Positions 19,267 through 30,745 of a stretch of DNA of 64,000 nucleotides are shown piece by piece. Origin of the DNA: Planctomycetota bacterium (GTDB lineage: Bacteria; Planctomycetota; GCA-002687715; CAIWVZ01); the NCBI GenBank assembly GCA_044222185.1, contig JBGANV010000001.1:1856001-1920000 (forward strand), read 5' to 3'. Below the pieces are notes generated by a model. The model did no database searches. It had not been told where the DNA came from and saw only the letters and a list, made by a program, of their open reading frames with translations. Numbering within the stretch: position 1 is the stretch's first letter; each line of letters starts with the position of its first letter. The position numbers and the translations under genes are program-made.

Positions 19267-19952
19267 CGTCCGTTCTCGCTGGTCACCGTGGCGCGCGTCT
19301 GCGGCGAGCCCGAACTTCCGAGCAGCACGGCACGCACGTCCTGGGACGGATGTTCTACGAAACTCTCCAGGTGCGCCTCGGTGGTCGCGATCGGTGAGAG
19401 CTCCAGCCCCCCGGCGGCGGCGAGGTCGACGTCGTCGTACGCGGTGGATGCGGGCAGGGCATAGACGATCCGGCGGAGGCTTTCCTTCCCCAACGACCTG
19501 GATTCGGGGGCGCCGAGGGCCGCCAGGACCGGTGATCCGACGCGCGCGGAATCCGTCAGCGCGGAGAGCTCGGTCAGCGGCTGCCAGCGTCCGTCGCGCG
19601 TGCGGACCTTGGGGTCCAGTCCCGAGAGATCCTGGGGATCTGGCCCGCGGTTCTCGACCCACAGTTCGACGAAGCGGCGGTCGGCGGCGGCCGGCCCGAG
19701 AAGGCCTCGGAGTGCGGCGTCGCTGAACTCGGCCCGCGCGGGGGCCGCGAACCGTCGCCGCAGCAGGACGACGCGAACACCGTCCTCTCCGAGAAACACG
19801 GAGAGACCGGAAGGCGCATCGATTCCGTTGGGCGTCGCCGCAGCGGGTGGCGGGTTCCGCGCGCCCGATCGCAGCACGAGGGCGGCGACGATCGCCGCGG
19901 CCGCAGTCGCGAACGTGAGAAGCGTGACGAGCCGCCCCTTGGGCCAGCTCAC
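19263..19952 (-). CDS. Hypothetical protein with N-terminal membrane anchor
   Basis: Hydrophobic N-terminus; translationally coupled to the downstream gene. Confidence 0.65.
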   Translation of the reverse strand: MSWPKGRLVTLLTFATAAAAIVAALVLRSGARNPPPAAATPNGIDAPSGLSVFLGEDGVRVVLLRRRFAAPARAEFSDAALRGLLGPAAADRRFVELWVENRGPDPQDLSGLDPKVRTRDGRWQPLTELSALTDSARVGSPVLAALGAPESRSLGKESLRRIVYALPASTAYDDVDLAAAGGLELSPIATTEAHLESFVEHPSQDVRAVLLGSSGSPQTRATVTSENGR

Positions 19953-20034
19953 GTGGTGCGATCCACGATCACCGCCGCGCGCCGGTCGCCAGCGTCACCG
20001 CGGCGAGCGATGCGGTCGGTCGAGCCCGACCCGA

Positions 20035-20739
20035 TCACCACTTCGTGGCCTTCTTCCCAGTGTCGTTCCACCACTTCTGCCAGCTTTCGAAACCGGACTG
20101 GGTCTGGCCCGTGAGCGCCTTGATCGACTCCTCGATCGGTCCCTTGATCGTGTCGAGCTTCTTCTTCGCCGTCGTGTCGCGGGGCGCCTGCGCCTTGCTG
20201 TGGGCGCTGCCCCACATCTTCAGAAGCAGGTCGACGATGACCTTCTTCCCTTCGAGATCCAATTCCTTGTAGTTCCCCAGCGCATCGGCCGCCGCGGCCT
20301 GGCCCTCGTTCGTCTTGTAGTTGAGGAGCTTCTTCAGCTTCTCGAGCCCGGCCTTGGGATCCTTCGTCTTGCCGAGCGCACGCACGCAGGCCCCGAAGTA
20401 GTTCGTGTTGTCCTCGGTGGTCTTCTTGTCGATTTCCTTGATGAGCGCCTCGGAGGCCTTGGCGTCCATCTTGCTCAAGGACTCGACGGCCATGTCCTTC
20501 GTGTCCTGGTCCGGTTGGTTCAGCGCGGTGCCGACGAGCTTGGCGATCTTCACCTGCTGCTCGGCCTTCGCAGCGCCGTACTTCTCGCCGAGCAGCTTCA
20601 CGAAGTGCTGGATGTCCGCCTTCGTTTTCTCTTTCAGGGCTTTTTCCAGCCCGGCGATCCCGTCATCGACCTCGTCCGCGAGGACGACGTTGCCGAGCAG
20701 CGCGAACACGAGGAGCAAGGAACCTGCACGTGCGATCAT
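20035..20739 (-). CDS. Secreted HEAT-repeat-like helical protein
   Basis: Signal peptide, Lys-rich helical repeats (ACVRALGK, AAADALGNY) and LTGQ...W.KWW terminus. SD GGAGA upstream. Confidence 0.8.
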   Translation of the reverse strand: MIARAGSLLLVFALLGNVVLADEVDDGIAGLEKALKEKTKADIQHFVKLLGEKYGAAKAEQQVKIAKLVGTALNQPDQDTKDMAVESLSKMDAKASEALIKEIDKKTTEDNTNYFGACVRALGKTKDPKAGLEKLKKLLNYKTNEGQAAAADALGNYKELDLEGKKVIVDLLLKMWGSAHSKAQAPRDTTAKKKLDTIKGPIEESIKALTGQTQSGFESWQKWWNDTGKKATKW

Positions 20740-20807
20740 GGTTGTCTCTCCAGTGCACCAGGGGACGGGCCGTTCGACGGCTGCGCGCCCGGCGGCCATT
20801 GTGTAAT

Positions 20808-20823
20808 TGCAAACACAGTGCCG
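20808..20823 (-). promoter_or_regulatory. Putative sigma54 promoter
   Basis: Minus strand CGGCACTGTGTTTGCA (GG-N10-GC) upstream of 20739. Confidence 0.5.
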
Positions 20824-20839
20824 CAAGCGGCCGGGGCGG

Positions 20840-21664
20840 TCAGCCTTCCGCGAGGCGACGGGCGTAAGCGATTGCCAAGCGGTTCGTTACGGGTCCGTTC
20901 ACGGCAGCGAGAGTGCCATCCCCCACGGCCAGGACCGGTCTCAACCCGCGGACACTCGCCGAGATGAAGGCTTCACCGGCTCTTCGCAGCCGGTCGAGCC
21001 CAAAGCACTCCTCACGCACCGGAATCCCCCCGCGCCGGGCCTCGTCCAGGATGACTTCCCGCGTGACTCCGGGGAGGATCGGAGCGGTCAGCGGTGGCGT
21101 CACGAGGCTTTCGCCTTCGAGAATGAAGATCGACGAGCGCGTCCCCTCGAGGACGGTGCCGTCTGGCATCGTGAACAACACTTCGTCGAACCCGCGCCGG
21201 ACGCCGTCCTGATGCGCCAGCCGCGACGCGAGGTAGTTGAGGGTCTTGTGTGCGGCCATGGGACGAGGCCCATTCAGCCAGTCGGCCGCGATGCCCAGGC
21301 GGACGGGTCGGCTGACGTCGACAGGAAGCGGCGAGGCCGTCGCGAGCAGCCGCGTGCGTCGCCCCTCGCGGAAGAGCACGAGGCGCAACGTGAAGTCCTG
21401 GTGGCCGGCGGCGTCGACGAGCCTGCGGATGATGTCCGCCGTCGCCTCCGCGTCCGGTGCGGGCCCAAGCCCGAGGACCTGCGCGCTGCCCTGGAGCCGG
21501 CGAAGGTGCGCGGCCAGGAAGCGCGGGCGGGCGCCGAGCACCGGGAGCGTCTCGAAGAGGCCGTCACCGTTCGAAAGCCCCTCGCACTGCGCGCTGATCG
21601 AGATCCGGCCGTCGGCCGCGAGTTCACCATCGATCACCGCCGGCCAGGTCGCGTCGTCGCTCAT
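20840..21664 (-). CDS. pabC: Aminotransferase class IV / 4-amino-4-deoxychorismate lyase
   Basis: GDGLFET, HKTLNY, EGTRSSIF and ILPGVTR motifs; coupled to pabB. Confidence 0.8.
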   Translation of the reverse strand: MSDDATWPAVIDGELAADGRISISAQCEGLSNGDGLFETLPVLGARPRFLAAHLRRLQGSAQVLGLGPAPDAEATADIIRRLVDAAGHQDFTLRLVLFREGRRTRLLATASPLPVDVSRPVRLGIAADWLNGPRPMAAHKTLNYLASRLAHQDGVRRGFDEVLFTMPDGTVLEGTRSSIFILEGESLVTPPLTAPILPGVTREVILDEARRGGIPVREECFGLDRLRRAGEAFISASVRGLRPVLAVGDGTLAAVNGPVTNRLAIAYARRLAEG

Positions 21665-23055
21665 GTCTTCGGAACCTCCCAATCGAGCGCCTCGAAGAGC
21701 CCCCGCACCTTGTGAATCGTCTCGCGCCATTCCAGGTCAGGATCCGAGTCGACGACGATCCCACCTCCGCCGTGGAGCCAGGCCCGGCCGTCCTCGAGAC
21801 GGAGAGTCCGAATGAGGATGTTCAGGTCGGCGCGGCCGTCGAACCCCAGGTATCCGAGCGAGCCCGTGTAGGGCCCGCGTCGGCAGGTTTCCAATTCGTC
21901 GATGATCTCCTGCGCCCGGATCTTCGGCACGCCGCTGATGGAGCCGCCGGGCCATGCGTCGCGCAGGAGGTCGAGGACGTCACGTCCCGGCGTGAGCGTG
22001 CCCTCGATGGTCGCGACGAGGTGATGCACCGTCGGATGTGACTCGAGGACGAGCCGCTCGCGGACGCGCACACTTCCCGGCTGGCAGTTGCGGGAGAGAT
22101 CGTTGCGGAGCAGGTCGACGATCATGGCGAGTTCCGCCCGGTTCTTCTCCGACGCGAGGAGTTCCTCGGCCTGGGCCCGATCGCTCGCGTCATCCGGCCC
22201 GCGCGGCGCGGTGCCCTTGATCGGTCGGGTGACGACCCGTGCACCCTCGACTCGCAGAAACCGCTCGGGTGACGCCGAGAGGAGCCAGGAATCGGGAGCG
22301 AGCCGGACGAGTCCACCGAAGGGCGCCGGGTTCACCGTCATGAGACGCGTGAACAGCGACGAGGCGTCGGTGCGGACCGGTCCCTCGAACCGCTGGGAGA
22401 GGTTCACCTGGTAGACGTCGCCAGCACGGATGTAGAGGATGATGCGCTCGACTGAATCGAGATACCGGCAGCGGGACATGGACGCGGTGGCCGCTACGGG
22501 CGCTCGACGTGATGGTTCGCGAATCGGGGTGTGACGCTCGATCGCGTCGCGAAGCGCTGCGGCGTGCGCCGCGCTTTCGCGAGTGATCTCGGCGTCGGCC
22601 GGCGCTTCGAGCCGCGTCACGACCACCGAGCCCGATCGGCGATCGCAAACGACGAGCGAGTCGAAGAACCGTGCGAGCAACTCGGGACAACCGCGATCCG
22701 CACCGTGGCGATCGGGAAGCCGCTCGGTGGAAGTCCGCAAGTCGTAGCCGAGCATCACGAGCGCGCCCGCGGTGCAGGGCAGATCCGGCGGCGCCTCCCG
22801 AATGACGATCCGCCGGAGGTCGGGACGGAGCGCGGCGAATGGGTCGGTGCCATGGGCAGCCGCGCCGGCATCGACGCGCCGCTCGGCATAGGGCCAGGCC
22901 CCGAGGATCGAGAAACGCGAATCGTCCGAGGCGCCCGAACCGACGAGAGACATGAACCCCGGGGCGTCGGCGAGTCGCGCGGCGAGGACCGTGGGATCTG
23001 CGGGCGCCGACACGGGCTCGACGACGACGCGCACCTCGATCGGCTCTGTTCCCAT
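21661..23055 (-). CDS. pabB: Aminodeoxychorismate synthase component I
   Basis: GDVYQVNLSQRF, SASPERF, RPIKGT, AELAMIVDLLRNDL, GGSISGVPK and NILIRT. Confidence 0.88.
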   Translation of the reverse strand: MGTEPIEVRVVVEPVSAPADPTVLAARLADAPGFMSLVGSGASDDSRFSILGAWPYAERRVDAGAAAHGTDPFAALRPDLRRIVIREAPPDLPCTAGALVMLGYDLRTSTERLPDRHGADRGCPELLARFFDSLVVCDRRSGSVVVTRLEAPADAEITRESAAHAAALRDAIERHTPIREPSRRAPVAATASMSRCRYLDSVERIILYIRAGDVYQVNLSQRFEGPVRTDASSLFTRLMTVNPAPFGGLVRLAPDSWLLSASPERFLRVEGARVVTRPIKGTAPRGPDDASDRAQAEELLASEKNRAELAMIVDLLRNDLSRNCQPGSVRVRERLVLESHPTVHHLVATIEGTLTPGRDVLDLLRDAWPGGSISGVPKIRAQEIIDELETCRRGPYTGSLGYLGFDGRADLNILIRTLRLEDGRAWLHGGGGIVVDSDPDLEWRETIHKVRGLFEALDWEVPKT

Positions 23056-23130
23056 CTCGTGCATTTGTCGTGGGGTCGATGGTAACCTGCGCGCCGCAAG
23101 CGACCGACGGCGGCGCGTGCGTTCGCCCGC

Positions 23131-24066
23131 ATGGATCACCTCGCCGACTTCCTCTCACACCTCGAGACAGGCCGCAACGTGTCGCAGCACACGCGCCTCG
23201 CGTACGAGAGCGACTTGGGGCAGTTCACCGCCTGGCTCGCCGAGCGCGGTGCGACGCGCCCTGAACAGGTCGGGCCACCCGAGGTGAAGCGGTACATGGT
23301 CGACCTCATGGGGAAAGGCCTCGCCCGGACGTCGGTCGCGCGGAAGATCTCGGCGGTCAGGACTTTCTTCAAATACCTGCTGGCGCAGGGCCTCGTGGAG
23401 GTCGATCCGACGACCGGACTGCGGCTCGCCCGCGAGCGGCGTCGGCTGCCGCACGCACTGAAGGCGAAGGAGATCGGGCGGTTGCTCTCGGCGCCCACCG
23501 GGGCCACGTTCGTCGCGGCGCGCGACCGGGCGGCCCTCGAAGTGCTCTATTCGTCCGGGCTGCGCAACAGCGAGCTGTGCGGACTGAGACTGTCGGACGT
23601 GGACATGCAGGAGGGCGTCATCCGCGTCCTCGGCAAGGGCCGGCGCGAGCGGCTCGCGCTTCTCGGATCCCACGCTCGGGCAGCATTGGAGGAGTACCTC
23701 CCGCACCGAGCCTCGAAGGTGAAGCCGGAAGCCGCGCCGCTGGTGTTTCTGAACCACCTGGGCACGGGGCTCACGAGTCGATCGTTGTGTCGCGTCCTCG
23801 AGCGCTACCTCGTGCGCGCCGATCTCCCCGAGGGAACGACGCCGCACACGCTCCGACACACGTTCGCCACGCACCTGTTGGAGGGGGGCGCAGGCTTGCG
23901 CGACGTCCAGGAGATGCTCGGGCATCTGCACCTGAGTTCGACGCAGATCTACACGCACGTCTCCCCCGAACACCTGCGCAGGATCTACGAGGCCACGCAC
24001 CCGCGGGCCCACCGCGTCGCCGGCGGCGCCCGAAGATCCCGCGCAGCCTCGGCGTCTGGCGAGTAG
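23131..24066 (+). CDS. xerC: Tyrosine recombinase XerC/XerD family
   Basis: SGLRNSEL, GKGRRER, TPHTLRHTFATHLLEGGA.LRDVQEMLGH..LSSTQIYTHV. XerC versus XerD is not firmly resolved. Confidence 0.85.
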   Translation: MDHLADFLSHLETGRNVSQHTRLAYESDLGQFTAWLAERGATRPEQVGPPEVKRYMVDLMGKGLARTSVARKISAVRTFFKYLLAQGLVEVDPTTGLRLARERRRLPHALKAKEIGRLLSAPTGATFVAARDRAALEVLYSSGLRNSELCGLRLSDVDMQEGVIRVLGKGRRERLALLGSHARAALEEYLPHRASKVKPEAAPLVFLNHLGTGLTSRSLCRVLERYLVRADLPEGTTPHTLRHTFATHLLEGGAGLRDVQEMLGHLHLSSTQIYTHVSPEHLRRIYEATHPRAHRVAGGARRSRAASASGE

Positions 24067-24089
24067 TCTCTTCCGCGGAGAATCCGAAG

Positions 24090-25460
24090 ATGCGGTTCAT
24101 CGAACGGCTCGTGGGTGCGTTTCTCGTCGTGCTCACCGGCACGCTGATCGGGCAGGATCCGGACGCGGCAACCGTCGCGCCGCAGAAGCTCGCTTCCATC
24201 CAAGAGCGCGTGGATGCGGTCTCGCGCCAGGAGATCGAGGACACGGTGCGGCGCCTCGCGGCCTTCGGCACGCGGCACACGCTTTCGGAAACCCAGTCGA
24301 CGACGCGAGGGATCGGCGCCGCGCGCCAATGGCTCCTCGAGCGCATGACGAAGAACGCGACCGGTGGAGCCATGACGGCGGCGCTTCAGTCGTTCATCGC
24401 CGAGCCGGGTCAGCGCATCCCGCAGCCGACCGAACTCGTGAACGTCATCGCCACGCTGCCGGGCAGTGATCCGAAGCGCTTCGTGATCGTGTCGGGTCAT
24501 TACGATTCGATGCCTTCGAACGTCATGGATCCCAAGTCCGATGCGCCGGGAAGCAATGACGACGCGTCCGGCACGGCCGTCGCGGTCGAATGCGCGCGCG
24601 TGCTCGCGGGTGTGAGGCCGCGAGCGACGATCCTGTTCGCCGCCGTCGCCGGAGAAGAGCAGGGCCTCGTGGGCGCCGGGTACATCGCGAAGGAGATGGC
24701 GCGGACCGAATCGACGGTGGTGATGATGATCACGAACGACATCGTCGGTGGCGCGACGGGGTCGAACGGCCGCAAGGATCCCATGGTGCTTCGCTGCTTC
24801 AGCGAAGGCGTGCCGTCGGGACCGAAGGACGACGCCGGCAAGCCCAAGAAGTCCGTGGTCGGGAGCGACAACGATGCGTCGTCGCGACAGGTGGCGCGGT
24901 ACCTCGCCGCACGCGGGCCGCTCTACGTCCCAGGGTTCGACGTGCGCATGGTCTTCCGCCAGGATCGTTACCTCCGCGGCGGCGACCACCGGCCGTTCAA
25001 CGATCTCGGGTTCGCCGCGATCCGGCTCACCGAGCCGAACGAGAACTACGACTGGCAGCATCAGAACGTGCGGGAGGAGAACGGCCGCGCATTCGGCGAT
25101 CGACCGGACAACGTGGACTTCGACTACGTCAAGCGCGTCGCCCAGGTGAACGTGGCCGCCGTGCTCGAAGTCGCGCTGGCGCCCGCATCCCCGAAGAACG
25201 TGCGCATGGATACGACGAAGCTCATGCCGAGCACGTTGCTGAAGTGGACGGCGAACACGGAGGCCGATCTCGGGGGCTACGCCGTGCTCTATCGCCTCAC
25301 GCACGAAGCGACGTGGACCCACCGTCGCCTCGTTCCGAAGGATCAGACGCAGGTGACGCTGGAGAACATCTCGAAAGACGATTGGCTCTTCGCCGTCGAG
25401 GCCGTGGATGCGGAGGGCCGGCGGTCGCTGCCCGTCTATCCGACGCCGGCGGGACGGTGA
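24090..25460 (+). CDS. M28 family metallopeptidase with C-terminal Fn3-like domain
   Basis: SGHYDS, APGSNDDASG, GEEQGL, NDIVG, GGDH and signal peptide. Confidence 0.9.
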   Translation: MRFIERLVGAFLVVLTGTLIGQDPDAATVAPQKLASIQERVDAVSRQEIEDTVRRLAAFGTRHTLSETQSTTRGIGAARQWLLERMTKNATGGAMTAALQSFIAEPGQRIPQPTELVNVIATLPGSDPKRFVIVSGHYDSMPSNVMDPKSDAPGSNDDASGTAVAVECARVLAGVRPRATILFAAVAGEEQGLVGAGYIAKEMARTESTVVMMITNDIVGGATGSNGRKDPMVLRCFSEGVPSGPKDDAGKPKKSVVGSDNDASSRQVARYLAARGPLYVPGFDVRMVFRQDRYLRGGDHRPFNDLGFAAIRLTEPNENYDWQHQNVREENGRAFGDRPDNVDFDYVKRVAQVNVAAVLEVALAPASPKNVRMDTTKLMPSTLLKWTANTEADLGGYAVLYRLTHEATWTHRRLVPKDQTQVTLENISKDDWLFAVEAVDAEGRRSLPVYPTPAGR

Positions 25461-25969
25461 GAGCGACTCCTCCGCTTCAGGCGTCGCGCGGCGCGTGAAT
25501 CCCGTGAGCATCACGGTTTCAGTCATGCAGCGAGGCCTCGGATCGGAATCTTCGCCGCCGTCCGGATCGTGGCCGCACGAAAGAACGTCGCATGGGGATC
25601 GCGAGTGGGGCCATGCCGCGACGGCGGTCGGAATCGCGAGCCGCTTTCAGGACCGCCGCTCGCGTCGGCGTCGACTCGCCATCACGGCTGAACCGCAGGG
25701 TCGTTGTGGCCGGCCCCTCACCGCGAACGCCAGGAATTGAGGCACGTCGCGGTCGGGCACACACCCGTTCCCCGGACCACGGCCCGGCAACGGCGCGCCG
25801 CTCCCGTGAAGCTCCCGGCCTCCACCGGAGATCAGGGTCGATGCCCGTCGAGAAACAGTGCATGCCTCGCAACTGTTCGAACGAACCCGGAATCGCCGGT
25901 GAACGAGCGAGTCTCCCTCGTGTACGCTCATGCGACGAAAGCCGGCCGCCTGGGCACCGAGAGCATGCC

Positions 25970-26584
25970 ATGACAATCAGAACGCATGACGTCTCGGATG
26001 ACGTGATCGCCGCACGCAAGCGAACCGGAGCCCACCGCTGGGACGAACGGTGGGATGGAGTCTGGCATCTCATGCCGTCGCCGACGCGTCGCCATCAGGA
26101 CATCTGTGCCGCGCTCGTGATCGCACTGCGGAGCCTGTGCGGACATCCGACTCGATCGCACGTGCACATGCAATTGAACGTCGCGCGCCCAGGCCGATGG
26201 CCCAACGATTACCGAGAGGCCGACGTCGTCCTCCTGAAACCGGGGCGGTTCTCGATCGACAAGGATGTGTACCTCGAAGGCGGCCCGAACCTCGTCGTGG
26301 AAGTCCGAAGCCCAAACGACGAGTGCGAGGCGAAGATCCGCTTCTACGACGACATCGGCGTCGACGAGGTCTGGATCCTCGATTCCATCACCCTCGACCT
26401 GACGATCTTCGCCCGACGGGATCTGGGTGCGCCTTCGTCCCCGACGACCGCCAACGCCGAAGGTTGGCAATTCAGCGCGACGACCGGAGTCGAATTCCGC
26501 CGCGAGCGATCACGGAGCGGTGACGAGACCGCGCTTGGGATCCGCCATCGCGACCGACCCGAGAACGCGCTGCGCATTCCCTGA
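25970..26584 (+). CDS. Uma2 family (PD-(D/E)xK) endonuclease
   Basis: ERWDGVWHLMPSPTRRHQ, READV, GPNLVVEVRSPND, K..FY...GVDEVWILD. Confidence 0.9.
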   Translation: MTIRTHDVSDDVIAARKRTGAHRWDERWDGVWHLMPSPTRRHQDICAALVIALRSLCGHPTRSHVHMQLNVARPGRWPNDYREADVVLLKPGRFSIDKDVYLEGGPNLVVEVRSPNDECEAKIRFYDDIGVDEVWILDSITLDLTIFARRDLGAPSSPTTANAEGWQFSATTGVEFRRERSRSGDETALGIRHRDRPENALRIP

Positions 26585-26601
26585 CGGTCGCGCCGCCCGA
26601 G

Positions 26602-27072
26602 CTATCTCTGTGGTTCGACGCGTCGAAGCGCTCGGAGCTTCGCCACATCGATCAAATCCTGGGGGCGCCCCGTTTCCTTCGATTCGATGAGCGCGTCCAA
26701 TCCCGCGAAAGGGATCGGAACCCCGTCGACGACGCGCTCGACGCGCGTCTGCCACGCCCGCTCGAAGTTGAGAGACCGAGCCACGGTCATCACGTGCATT
26801 CGCGGGATGTCACCCAGGATGGTCAAGGGCCGAGCGATGAACTCCGCAGGCTCGTGCTCGTCCGCCAAATGCAAGGGTAGGCGGGCGAGCGCCGCTTGGA
26901 CCCGTCCCGCGTTCTCCAGGTCCTTCGGAATCAGGATGTCGACGTCCTTCGTTGCTCGGACGAGTCCATGTGCGAGGCAACCGAAACCGCCGATGACGAC
27001 GTAGCGGGCACCCGCGTCGTTCAGCAGATGACAGACGTTCACGAACGACTCGCGGGCGGCCGTTCGCGTCAC
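26602..27072 (-). CDS. Pol-beta-like nucleotidyltransferase (DUF6036-like)
   Basis: YVVIGGFG..AHG..RATKDVDIL and LIESKETGRPQDLID. Confidence 0.8.
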   Translation of the reverse strand: MTRTAARESFVNVCHLLNDAGARYVVIGGFGCLAHGLVRATKDVDILIPKDLENAGRVQAALARLPLHLADEHEPAEFIARPLTILGDIPRMHVMTVARSLNFERAWQTRVERVVDGVPIPFAGLDALIESKETGRPQDLIDVAKLRALRRVEPQR

Positions 27073-27079
27073 CCATGGC

Positions 27080-27298
27080 TCAGAAGAACCAGGGTTTCGG
27101 CTGGGCCAGCTTCCAGGCTTCATACTCCTCGAATGAATCGAAGGACTTGAAGTAGCCGACGGGGCGGTCCGGGTTCAGCTCGCGGAACAACGCCCACAGG
27201 CTCTCGGCCCAGTGGATCCGCTCCTCGAGCGACATCGCGAGCCCTTCCTTCAGGTCTCGGATGTCGTCCTCGGAAAGCGTCGGCTCGTCGTCGTTCAC
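27080..27298 (-). CDS. Small helical protein, putative partner of the nucleotidyltransferase
   Basis: LAMSLEERIHWAESL...FDSFEEYEAWK. TATGCT -10 lies 10 nt before the GTG; the stop is 7 nt before the NTase start. Confidence 0.7.
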   Translation of the reverse strand: MNDDEPTLSEDDIRDLKEGLAMSLEERIHWAESLWALFRELNPDRPVGYFKSFDSFEEYEAWKLAQPKPWFF

Positions 27299-27339
27299 GG
27301 CAGGCAGCAGCATACACGCGGCGCACACAGGGTGATTCC

Positions 27340-30615
<3,276 letters not shown>

Positions 30616-30745
30616 CCACGGTCCCTCGCGACGCACCGCGATCGGGGCGCCGCAGTTCAGACGGTCCGGCATCCGCCGGCAGGTTGGCACGATCGAGCGG
30701 GCGCATTATCCGCTCGCGACCCCGGGACGCAAGAATTCCCGCCGG

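Noticed and set aside
23131-24066. Tyrosine recombinase as a prophage or island integrase
   Set aside because: Length and motifs fit housekeeping XerC/D; flanked by core genes; no att or tRNA site seen
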